Assembly (NCBI RefSeq): GCF_006345805.1
Contig: NC_043004.1
Location: 80,538,001-80,602,000, forward strand
Direction: 5' to 3'
From: Octopus sinensis
Lineage: Eukaryota
Length of the DNA stretch: 64,000 nucleotides
Under the pieces are notes generated by a model, which was not told the DNA's origin, did not search any database, and saw only the letters and a program-made list of their open reading frames with translations. The position numbers were made by a program, and so were the translations under genes. This document shows, in pieces, positions 51,766-64,000 of this stretch (positions are counted from its first letter, which is position 1; each line of letters opens with the position of its first letter).

Positions 51766-54700
51766 TCATACACAAGCATGCATGTACACTCCTGCATCTA
51801 TATCCATATACACACGATGTTACAGCCACATACCATGTCCAAAACACACACACACACACACACACACAAGCGATGGTTGAATTCAAAGAACCCCCAGAAT
51901 CTGTCTGGGGGCACCATTTCTTATCCCACTGTTCCCTTTTTTTTTCTCATTCCCTCCCCCCTCATCCCCCAACCCACATGACTGTAAAAATAAAAGAAAT
52001 AGGAACGCTGATATAATATTAATAGTGAGTGGAGAAAAGAAACAGGAGAGGTGGGGGGTGGGGGCGACGAAAACGAGTTGGGGTGAGTGGGTGGTTGGGT
52101 GGGTGGCGGAAATGGTAAGCAGAATTCCAAACACTGTTATTCTCTCTCTCTCTCTCCTCTGCCTTATTCCCACCCTGAACACCATGTCTCGCTCCCCCTG
52201 CCCCTTCCTCCTTCGCCCCCCACCTCCAAAGTATTCTTTGACTGTCAAGTGATGTCATGAATGTGATCCCCCTTCGACTGTCTTCTATGTCATACTTCAA
52301 ATAGAAAGCATATGGTTCCTTCTTGAAAGAATGTGGCAACTTTGGTTAAGTTGGAATCCATTGAAACACTACTTCTTAGTCTGTTCCTTCTTCTACGATT
52401 CTTTTGTCTGCTTTCTTCCTCTTTCTTCCTTGCAACAGCCCAGAAGTATGTTCTCAGACTGTCTCACACAATCACTCACTCACACACAATCACAATCACA
52501 CACACCACACAATCACACACACACACACACACAATCACAATCACACACACACAATCACAATCACACACACACACACAATCACACTCACACAATCACTCAC
52601 ACATACACACACACACTTTTTCTTCCTTTCTTTCATTGTTTCTTCCCTTCCTCCCTTTCTTCCTTCCTTCCTTTCTTCCTTCCTTCTTGGCTCTCAGAAA
52701 TCATAGACATTCATAAGCATCCTTTCCCCAACACTTCTGCTGAAAATGAAAATAAACAGCATCGCTTACATGACAATGATGTTCATTTACAACCGTTGTA
52801 AGTCTGTCAGGACCAGGGCATACACACACCCTCATCATCATCAATCTTTTACATCCGTTTTTCCATGCTGGCATGGGTTGGATGGCTTGAAAGAAACTGG
52901 TAAGGCCAGAGGTCACACCAGGTTCCATAGTCTATTTTTGGCTTGGTTTCTACTGCTAAACACCCCGCCTAATGTCAACCACTTTGGAGAATGTATTATG
53001 GGTTTTTTCATGGCACCAGCACAGGGGCTTTAGACATGGCACCATTACCAATATGGCACATTGTATTCTTGAGCAAAACACTTCATTCCACTTTGCCCCA
53101 GTCCACTCAGCTGCGAATGTGTTACCTATGATGGGAATAGGCTTCCAATCAGGGGGAATGTTGGCCTGCTCACCTTGCCAGCAAGGTGACATCATTCAAA
53201 AGCTAAATTGATGTAAAGCGCAGGGTGACCAATGATGTATAACCACCTTCAATGGTCTAGTCAATACCATGATACATATGTTTATATATAGACACACGCA
53301 CATACGTATTTATGGGTCCAACTGAACCCAACTGTTACCCTAAGCATCAGACCCTGTAATGGTTAGCCCTCAACATTATATTTTCTTTACTCAAGGGGAT
53401 GAGGTGCCAGAATCGTTAGCATGCCGGGCAAAATGCTCAGCAGTAGGTATTTCATCTGTCTTTACATTCTGATTTCAAATTCCGCCCGGGTCGACTTTTC
53501 CTTTCATCCTTTTGGGGGTCGATAAATTAAGTACAAATCAAGTGTTGCGGGGTTGGTGTGATCATGTAGCCCCCTCACAACAAATTCCAGGCCTTGTGTC
53601 TATAATAGAAAGGGTTATGTTTTCCTTACTCGTGATGTAAGACATTAAGATATGACATCATACATACGTGGTAGTGCTGACTTTGAAAGAACAGAATTTT
53701 TTTGGGTTTTTTTTTTTTTTACAAAAAGAAATAAAAATTAGTTTTCTTCTAGGCTAGACACTACAATTTTATTAAATACAAGCTGTTTATTTTTAATTTT
53801 ATCTATTGAGCAAATTACATTTACTTCGAAGTAGAATAACAAGAAACGACAAAAAGAATTTTAACGCTGTTTCTTTTTATTCTTTGAACAAAAAAAAAAA
53901 AAAATTACATAATAGAAAGATGTTATACAAATAGAACGAACAAAACAGAAATTTTTGGAAACTATTCTTTTTACAGGAATCTTGTTCTTGGCATTCAACT
54001 TTTGAGAAAAAGAAAAATATTTTAATGAAGAAATATCGTTATTTATACGAAACAAAGTCTCTTTTATTGCTCTGATTTGTTTTTTGTTTTGTTTTGTTTT
54101 GTTTTATTTTTTTGTTTAGTTTTAGTCTTGAAGATATCTCAAGATGTTAATTGTGTTTGTTATTATTCAATCAATGTCTCTTATACTCGACTCATTTTGG
54201 TAAGGATTGGGGTGAACATAAACAATGGTTGCTTCGACCTTGATCACATGTTTGATTAAAGATTAAAGATGTAATCATACCTTTGATTAAAATATATAAT
54301 CGTACCTTTGATTAAAGATATAATCTTACCTTTGATTAAAGATGTTCCAATTATGACCACCCCATCTGTTTTTAGGTGTATGTGCATCCACATTATACAG
54401 GGTAGGGGCTAAGTTTGGCTGATATTGGCGCAATCCTCAGAGTCAGACAAAAAGCATTTCAGTATTAAATATGTATACATACATCGCCATCATCATTTAG
54501 CAATTTTTCTATGCTTGCATGGGTCAGACAATTTATCGAGATAGATTTTCTATGGTTGGATGCCTTTCCTGTTGCCAACCCCTTGCCTATTTCCAAGCAC
54601 GATAATATTTCCTATGGTTAAGATGGCAAGCTAGCAGAATTGGTAGCATATCAAGCTAAATGCTCACTAGTATTTCATCTGTTTTTATGTTCTGAGTTCA

Positions 54701-56473
54701 GATTTCATTGGGGTTAACTTTGCCTCTCATCTTTTTAAGGTCAATAAAATAGGTACCAGTTGAGTACTGGGGTCAACGTAAACAATTTTCACCATCCTCG
54801 AAATTGCTGGCCTTGTGACAAAAATTTGAAATCAATATTCCCTATGGTTGGACATTTTTATTGCAATGCAGGAAACAAACAACCTCGCTTGTATCACAAT
54901 GATGCTCATTTACAACCATTATGTTGACGCCTAGATAAGGATACACTCTAACACACACATGCACACACACCGATATATAGTTATAAAATGAGCTTCTTTC
55001 AGTTTCCTTCTACAAACTCCACTTACAAGGCTTTGATTGGCCCAAGGCTATAGTAGAAAATACTTGTCCAAGGTGTTGCACTGTGGGACTGAACCCAGGA
55101 CCACATGTTTGCGAAACATGCTTTTTAACCACACAGTCACATCTGCTCTTATTGCTAAGCTACACGATAAAAACATAAACAAAAATCTAGGCTGCGGTTC
55201 CTTCCTTGGTTTGGGTTTAATGTCATTGGTCGGAACTGGAAGTGTTGGAACTGTATGAGTCACCAGCTGCAGAAAACGATACAAGAATGGCATCGGAAAA
55301 GAAGAGGGTAGAATCTAAATAAAGAAATTTAATAGCAGAATCCTTGAAATCAGTCTCTTAGTTCTTTCTCCAGTTTTACATTATAGAAACGAAAGTATCC
55401 ACCGATGTCTCTATGCCATTTACTGTCCCCAAACCAAAAACAAAAAGAAATGGAGAAGAAAGGAGAATGAAGAGACATCTTTTGCTGATAATGCGAGATT
55501 CTTTAGTTTGGTTTGAGGTTTAGGAATAAGTGACGGACTTTGTTAATGCATCATTCCTAAATTATATTAACAGCTTGTCACTCGTGTGTCATACATTATC
55601 ACACTGAACCAACAACGCTCCTTCTTTCTTCTTCTTCTTCTTCTTTTTCTTCTTCTCATTCTTCTTCTCATTCTTCTTCTTCTGCTGCTGCTGCATTTCT
55701 TTTTCTTCCTTTTTCCTCCTCTTGCTTCTCTTCCCCCTGCTTCTCCTCCATCTGCTTCTTCTTTTCTTCCTTCAACTCCTCCTCCCGCTTCTCCTTTCCC
55801 TCCTTCTCCTACTCTTACTACTCCTGCTTTTCCTCCTTTTCTGCCTTCTCCACCTCCTACTCCTGCTTCTCCTTTTCTTCATTCTCCTCCTCCTACTACT
55901 CTTACTACTCCTGCTTCTCTTCCACCTCCTCCTCCTCCTCCTCCTCTCATTGTCTTGATTCTTCATTATCTTCCTGGCCCATTTAGTCTTCTTGCTTCTT
56001 CTCTCCTTCACCCTTTCCTTCTTTTCCTTCGCCTTCTTCCTCTCTTTCTCATTTACTTTTTCTTCATCTTCTTGTTCTTCATCTTTTTTAATCACCTTCG
56101 CTTCCTCCTCTTCCTTTTCCTTGTAAATTGCATGCTAGAAGGACACATCCATGTAGCACCCTTGGCTTGATCCCCAATCATTAGGGTTCCTTGGTTGCCC
56201 CTAGCTAATACTCTCGTCCTAACAAGACAGTTTTGTTGTTATTTTTTTTCTCATTGATCATATTTGTTTTTCTTTTAATTGTTTATATATGGTTATATAA
56301 TAAATCCCTACAGCCCTTTGTCTTTGTAATGTCTTAAATATGTTTTTGGCCCTTGTGGCCAATAAAGTATTAATAATTTTGGAACTGGCTCTTGAAAGAG
56401 ATAAAGCTATAAATGATAACATGTAAATACTGCAGAGAAAATGTCAGTCTTATGATGTGAACAACATTATTAT

Positions 56474-56860
56474 AAGGCGGCAAGCTGGCAGAAACGTTAA
56501 GCACGCCGGGCAAAATGCTTAGAGGTATTTCATCTGTCTTTACGTTCTGAGTTCAAATTCTGCCAAGGTTGACTTTGCCTTTCATCCTTTCGGGGCTGAT
56601 AAATTGAGTACCAGCTGCGTACTGGGTTGATCTAATTGACTGGCCCCCACCACTAAAAATTTCGGGCTTTGTGCCCACAGTAAAGAATATTTTCTAGAAC
56701 TAAGGCAGTGAGCTGGCAGAAACGTTAGCACACCAGACAAAAGGCTTAGTGGTATTTCGTCTGTCTTTACATTCTGAGTTCAAATTCTGCTGAGGTCGGC
56801 TTTGCCTTTCATCCTTTCGGGGTTGATGAATTAAGTACCAGTTGCGTACTGGGGTCAATC
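56474..56860 (+). mobile_element. Two SINE family B copies followed by a ~220-bp (TTA)n
   Basis: aaggcggcaagctggcagaaacgtt... at 56474 and aaggcagtgagctggcagaaacg... at 56702. Confidence 0.82.
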
Positions 56861-56968
56861 TAATTATTATTATTATTGTCATTATTATTATTATTATTAT
56901 TGTTGTTGTTATTATTATTATTATTATTATTGTCATTATTATTATTGTTATTATTATTATTATTATTG

Positions 56969-57009
<41 letters not shown>

Positions 57010-57370
57010 GTCATTATTATTATTATTATTATTGTTATTATATTATTATTATTATTATTATTATTATTGTTATCATTATTATCTCTAAGTAACAATCAGT
57101 GGTGTTGGCTTTATAGAAAACAATAGTTTTTGTGTTGGATCACTTAACGTTCACAGCAGTAGAACATCAAAATTTTCCAAAACACACGCTGACATACACA
57201 CACACACACACAAACACATACACACACATGCACATACCAGGATTCTGCAAAGGTTTTTACTATTGTATTGCATTCAAAGCAAAAGATATAGATCAACGAG
57301 GTGTTTCTGTCTGTTTGTCCAGGTGTCTACCTCATTAGATGTGTGTGCACATGTGTGTGTGTGTGTGTGT

Positions 57371-57406
<36 letters not shown>

Positions 57407-58610
57407 TTGGAGAAAGACTGTAATATTTTCCATGAATAAAATAAAATGGTTTTCGTTTATCCTAAAAAAAAAACAAAATCGATAAAAAAAACATACATGG
57501 CCACAAGGAACTATCATCTTTCAAAAAATGTCACCAGCTGAGCAAAAGACATTGTTTGACAAGAGTCTGGCTCTTCGTAGACTTCCTGCAAGTTCCATCA
57601 GCTTCGACTTACCCGACCCTTCCCCGCCACTCTTATTTTGCTGCCAGTTACTGTCCATGCATATTTATCGTCTGACTAAACAGTTGATGAACGGGTTAGA
57701 GAATTGGTCAGACACCAATCATGAAATTTCATAATATATATCTAAACATATTGATTAGTTATAGGATTCGTTAGAATCCAGGCACGTCAGCATGTAGGAT
57801 GCCAGAAGTGGCTAGGTGCAATAACATAGGGTTTGTAGTGAAGATGTTATGTGTTGATAGGATATTCTAGATATGTAGATGTGTGTCAGTTCCAATTTAA
57901 ATGGAAGATCTGACACAAGGCTGGTTCTAGGTGCGACATAGGTACAAAATAGGAAATAAATGTGGTATAAAATAGAATGTAAATAAGGTTTTAAATTTAC
58001 AACAGCTGTTTCGGTAGAATTTTATTGGTATATTTCATAGATTACACCATGGCATATAATTCACTGTATGGTGGATTATCTGCTATGACGTAATCTGTGA
58101 ATACATCAATAACATTCTACCAAGACATCTGTCATAAAATATATCCAACCACACATACACATACACACACACACATATAATCATGTAACATCTGTCTTCC
58201 ATGCTGGCATGGGTTGGATGGCTTGACAGACTTCAATAAACCAGTGGATGGTGTTGAGGTCCGGTGCCACCTTTAGAAAGGTTTTTGTTGTTGGATGCCC
58301 ATCTAATGCCAACCATTTCACAGACAGTACTCTGCCTCCTTTTTCATGACACCTGCACTTGTGCAAAACAATGAGGCTCCCTCAACTGAGTGAGGTTGAA
58401 GTAGAGGGAAAAGTGACTTTACACTGGTTGTTGAGAGGTTAAAATATATGAGAGAGACTGGCACAGGTGTGTATCAGCGTGTGTGTGAAAATTCTCATAT
58501 CACAATAAATTGTTTTGTAACCTAAAAACATCTAAATATAATATAAATTGTTCACATGATTTTAAGTTACAAAACAATTTGTCGTATTATATATATATAT
58601 ATATATATAT

Positions 58611-58913
58611 ATTTTCATTTAGAGATAGTAGGCCCCTTCATCTCGCCATATAAAAAAGAATTTTTATTTTAAATACCTACTACTTTATAACTTGGCTACA
58701 CGTGTTTCATGAGGTACATTTCCTAGTTCCTAAACCACTCCGTGTTTTGCTGGAACCATTCTTAAAATATAACCGAACCATCAGGCCCCTATATCACTTT
58801 CTCATAGTTCAATACTATAAACTATATTTTAATTTTTTTAAACCCATAAGTATGTGTAAAATAGGTTCGCCGGACCCTACAGTACAAACCATAATTTAAT
58901 TCAAATGAATTTA

Positions 58914-58945
<32 letters not shown>

Positions 58946-59260
58946 TTCATTTAGAGATAGTAGGCCCCTTCATCTCGCCATATAAAAAGAATTTTTATTT
59001 TAAATACCTACTACTTTATAACTTGGCTACACGTGTTTCATGAGGTACATTTCCTAGTTCCTAAACCACTCCGTGTTTTGCTGGAACCATTCTTAAAATA
59101 TAACCGAACCATCAGGCCCCTATATCACTTTCTCATAGTTCAATACTATAAACTATATTTTAATTTTTTTAAACCCATAAGTATGTGTAAAATAGGTTCG
59201 CCGGACCCTACAGTACAAACCATAATTTAATTCAAATGAATTTATATTTATATATATATA
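58611..59260. repeat. Tandem dimer of a ~331-bp unit separated and flanked by (TA)n
   Basis: Units 58611-58942 and 58943-~59260 appear identical apart from one A indel. Confidence 0.93.
58694..58787 (-). ncRNA. Hammerhead-like motif with extended stem II (second copy 59025-59118)
   Basis: Minus strand GGC-CTGATGG-[~69-nt imperfect hairpin]-GAAAC(acgt)GTA-GCC. Stem III is palindromic; core A9 is G. Confidence 0.45.
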
Positions 59261-60527
59261 TTCTGTCAGTTTGCCATCTGCTGGAACTGAAGCTTCTTAA
59301 CCACACCGGTTTCATATATTCTAGCTCCTCATTTTCATCCAGTCTCTTAACTCCCTATTTTTTTGTTTATATATACACTCACTATTCTCACTCATCCTCT
59401 ACCTTTATTTTAGTTTTGACTTTTTGTTCTGATGAAGGACTAATGACCAAAACATTAAGACACCATCTTTTCCCATCTAAAGCATCTAGCTAACACCATA
59501 TTTGTCAACTTTGTTCTTACTGGGCTATTCTTTCTGATGTTTATTGCATTTACTACACACACACACACATGTACATAAACACACATTTGTATATCTAATT
59601 TTGTGTATATTTGTTAACTCTAGCTTGTTGTATATTCGTTAGTGTACTTTTACCGTGGCAATGTAGGGTTTTCTCTTTAACATTAATAAATATAATTAAT
59701 ATAATTATTCCTCTCATCTCCAATATAGCGCCAACTACTTTCAAAGCATTCCACTGTGATTTCGTTTAATCCATACCAATTATCTGACTTTTAGGGCAAA
59801 CCTACACACACACACACACAGGCATTGCAGATTCTGTAATTTCTACTGTAATTAACAATAGTTGCTGATCCTTTGAACAAGCAATCCATATCTCATTATT
59901 TCCACCAATCCAGTCATACCATCCACCTCTCACCAGCATTCCTTCTGTATCTCATCGCTAAGTTCCATTATCAAAGAATTTCTCAAACTCTTTATTCTAG
60001 AACTGTTTCTTTGTAAAAACTCTTCCATGACAATATTTTCCTTCAAGATTTGATTAGCATTCTCAACAGCTAGTTCAGTAAATAAATTAATGATGAGCTA
60101 ATTGTTTTTTTTAAGCAGCAAAATGAAGTATAAAATAAATCTATAGATTTCAGCCAACATTCTGTAAATTAAACTGAAATAAATGGACCAGGCTGGTTTC
60201 ACTCCTATTCAGTGATCTCATCAGCAACAGAGTATCCATCCATTACTATCCCCAAGAATACTTACACAAAAACGTGCATGTGTGTATGTGTGTATATATA
60301 TATATATATATATTCACACACACACACATGGTCAGTCGCCATGATAGATCATTAGCCACTACACACATTTTTCTCTCCTTGCTTTTTCTGTGTCTCTTTC
60401 TGTAGAAGAGCGTAGGCTCGAAATGTAAAAGACTTTTTCTCTTCCTGAGCATTATACTAATACATCTGTTTGTTTTGTACACCAACTGTCTTTGTCTTTT
60501 GTTTTTTTCGTAAACTCTCCCTATACA

Positions 60528-60563
<36 letters not shown>

Positions 60564-62394
60564 CACATATAGTCCATGATCAAGGGCTATAAATAGGCCA
60601 AACTGATTTGCATAAGTCATGCATTTTTGCAACTTGTTTGATTTATTATTTAAGCTTGCTTTTATAAATTAAACTGAATAAATACACACGCAGGACAGTT
60701 GTAAAATGAAGTTTTTCTGAGGGAGAGAGAGTGGACAGTGGTGAGGGTGAATCTCAGATGTAGCAGAATGCTTATCAGGAACTTTACTTTACTCTTGACC
60801 CTGCTTTTTATTTCTCTTTGTCTCATGTGTGCATGTCTGCTTCTGTGTGTGTCTCAGTTGATGTAACCTTTTTGCGATTGTTAAATCTTCAAATACACCC
60901 AATCTCTATGTCCCTCTCACACATACCCATTCCCTCTCCTTATCTCTCTCTCTCTCTCTCTCTCTCTTTCACATACTGTTTTCCTCTCTCTCTCTTTCTC
61001 ATCCTTTCACATAGTTTGTCATTCACTCTCACTCACATGCACACACACACACACACAGAGCTTCTCACACTCTCCTCTCTTTCTCTCACACATACAACCA
61101 CTTTCTTTCACACTGTCTCTCCCTCTCCTTCCCCCCTACACACATTTACCTACATTCCCTCTTCCTCTCACCACTACTCATGTCTCTATGCCCCACCCCA
61201 CCCTCTCCTACCACCTTTGACATTTCTCAATAAACCTAAGTTCCTACTTATTTATAGTTACCCCCCCTTTTTTTTTGGTGTTTTTTTCTTTCTTTACTTT
61301 TTACCTTACAGACTTTTTTTATTCTCTAAATTTTTTTTCTTGTTGTTGATCTGACAAACACTAGAATTAATTAAAACAAACTAACGACTTAAAAAGGACT
61401 GCAATAATAATAATAATTATTATTATTATCATTGTAATCAACGATGAATAAAAGTAATTTGAAGATGGCAGAGATATATTTCACTTTATTTGTTTTTATT
61501 TATTTCTGAATATTTTCTTTTTTTCCTTTTTGACAATATCTTGGCATTTCCAGTTTCAATTATCCAACTTAACAACAACAACAGCAACAATAATGATAAT
61601 GTTTTGGTAAATCTGAGAGTTTCTAGAGAAAATACTCTTGTCATCATTGACACAGCCTTTAACCTCTTACTACTATTATAACTGCTACTGCTGCTGCTAC
61701 TACTACTACTATTACTATTAATACTACTGCTGTTTATACTATTGCTACTACTACCACTACTATTGCTGGTACTACTAGTACTACTACAACTACTACTATT
61801 ATTGCTGGTACTACTACCACTAATACTACTACTACTACTACTACTGTTGCTACTGTTATTGTGACTACTACTACAAGCATCACCACTGGTGTTGGTAGTG
61901 TTGGCAGTGGTGATGATGATGATCATTGTGGTGGTGGTGGTGGTGGTGGCTTTTTGAGTTTTTTTTAATTTTTTTATTTTGTTCTTATATGTTATTAAAA
62001 CAATGGACTGGATGAAATAGACTCCCCAGTACACAACTGGTACCCTTTTAAGCCTCGCCAGAAAAGTATTGAAGTTAAAAATCTCCCTTCTCCAATAAAT
62101 ATTGACCATTACGGTTCGTGGTCTTAATCACAACTGACCAAAGCCTGACAGTGGTGGTGGTGGTGGTGGTGGTGGTGAAGACTGTTTTGGAAGCTCGTTT
62201 CCCATCCACATGGTTCTGAGTTCCAGTCCAACCCTGGCCTTGTGGGTGGATTTGATAGATGGAGACTGGAAGAAGCCCATCATCTGTTTGTGTGTTTGCA
62301 TTTACACCCCTGTAACTTAGTGGTTCAGCAAGAGAGACCAAGAGAATAAGTTGTAAACTTTAAAAAAATATATATCAATATATATATATGGTGA

Positions 62395-62700
62395 CAAAGA
62401 ACACCTGTTTGATTTGATGTTGTCATCCAGGGTGTTGGTCATTACTAGAAGGTCTTTGATCACATATCCAACCTAGGGCTAAACAACACATAGTAACAAA
62501 AAACACCTGTTTGAGTTGATGTCATCCAGGGTGTTGGTCATTACTGGAAGGTCTTTGATCACATATCCAACCAAGGGCTAAACAACACAGTAACAGAAAA
62601 CACCTGTTTGATTTAATGATGTCATTCAAGACGTTTGCTCATGGTAGGAACGTCTTTGGTCACAGGTCCGACCTAGGGTTGAACAGCAACACTAACAAAA
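62395..62700. repeat. Three diverged ~100-bp tandem units
   Basis: acacctgtttga...gtcatccagggtgttggtcatt...ggtctttgatcacatatccaacc recurs at about 62401, 62503 and 62600. Confidence 0.85.
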
Positions 62701-63564
62701 ACAAGTCTTGTTGAAACGAGTCAAAGGAAGTCTTGTGGTCACTTGCACTGTTAGAAATAGCAGTCAATTGCCCATCAAATTACTTATTTCTATCTTTAAA
62801 AAAAACAATAATAGGTAGGGCATGTTGGATAATATAGTGCCAGATGAACAAGATGGGATGGTCGTGGGTGGATTAGCTGTGATTAAAGGATAGGTCTGCT
62901 TTGTCAAGGGATTGATCAGGCTTGTAACTATAATGACCATTATCAAAAAATGATAATGATAGTGATAATAACGTTTGATCATAGTAATAATTTTAAGGGT
63001 GGTGGGCATGGTGGTAGTGGAAGGGGTGTGTGTGATGATGATTGACATTATGTGGGGGGAGATGAAGGTGGTGGTAGTAAAGCCATGGTAACTGACAGCA
63101 GTAATTGTGGTGGTGGTGGTGGTGGTGGTAGTGGAGATAATGATGGTGGTGGAGGAGGAGGAGGTGGTGGTTGCCATGAAGGAGATTGACATAGCTATAA
63201 TTGTGGTGGCAACAATGCTGCTGCTGCTGCTGCTGCTACTGGTAGCAGCAGCAATTGGTAATAATAGCAATTGTGATAGTTGAAGGTAATAATTGATTTA
63301 GTAGTAATTACAGTGAAGCAGTGGGTTGGCGGGCGGGGGGGGGGGCAGCTGTGAGATGAGGAGGTAATGAGCAGACAATGGGGAGGTGGTGGTGGCCATG
63401 TTCTTGTTAAAGGGCACCTGACTACTACTACTACAACTGGTGCTACTGCTACCACTACTACTACTACAGATGAAATATTAGTAATAATTGCAGTGTCATT
63501 AACTTGGTGTTCATTATTGCTAAATCAAAAATGGCAGAAGTATATATACATATACATATATAAG

Positions 63565-63603
<39 letters not shown>

Positions 63604-64000
63604 ATACACACACACACACATAATATATATATATATATATATATACAATTATATATATGTATACATATATACATGTACACATATAGCAATACACACCTAT
63701 ACATATACTTGCACACATATACACACATACATATATATACACATACATGCATACATACATACACATACATTCAACATACCTGTACACATACCTATACGTA
63801 CATATATACACACCATGCACACATATACACACACACACCGTCAAACAAAAACAATCATTCACTAAAATTTTTCCAACTTTTCTTTGTAAATTGATTGAAT
63901 TAGTGGTTTGTGATTAAAAACAGCAAATTTCTCCTTCCTAAAAAGGTTAAAAGTTCATTTCTTTTGTGAGATTCCTTATATTCCGATTTCAAAATTAATT

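Noticed and set aside
62395-62700. CRISPR-like periodicity (also 54250-54345 and 3000-3640)
   Set aside because: Whole units repeat with no unique spacers, there are no cas genes, and the context is eukaryotic.

Overview
Repeat-rich, AT-rich animal DNA, most likely octopus. This is inferred from the SINE/RTE repeat families and the very high (TA)n/(TG)n/(TAA)n microsatellite density. The only host coding sequence I can support is one 704-bp internal exon (41754-42457, +) of a glypican of the GPC3/GPC5/Dally subfamily, so the rest is probably two very large introns. These contain three tRNA-type SINE families, RTE, R4/Dong-like and Tx1/L1-like LINE fragments, mariner/Tc1 derivatives, TTAA MITEs, a Helitron-like element and tandem duplications. 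The most interesting signal is a set of minimal type-I hammerhead-ribozyme-like motifs. One lies in each arm of a perfect 155-bp palindrome (24957-25277), one in each unit of a 331-bp tandem dimer (58611-59260), and several decayed copies lie elsewhere. This points to Penelope-like or retrozyme-type elements; most motifs deviate from the canonical core, so activity is unproven. Nearly all listed ORFs are microsatellite artefacts. Repeat boundaries are approximate unless TSDs or TIRs are quoted.
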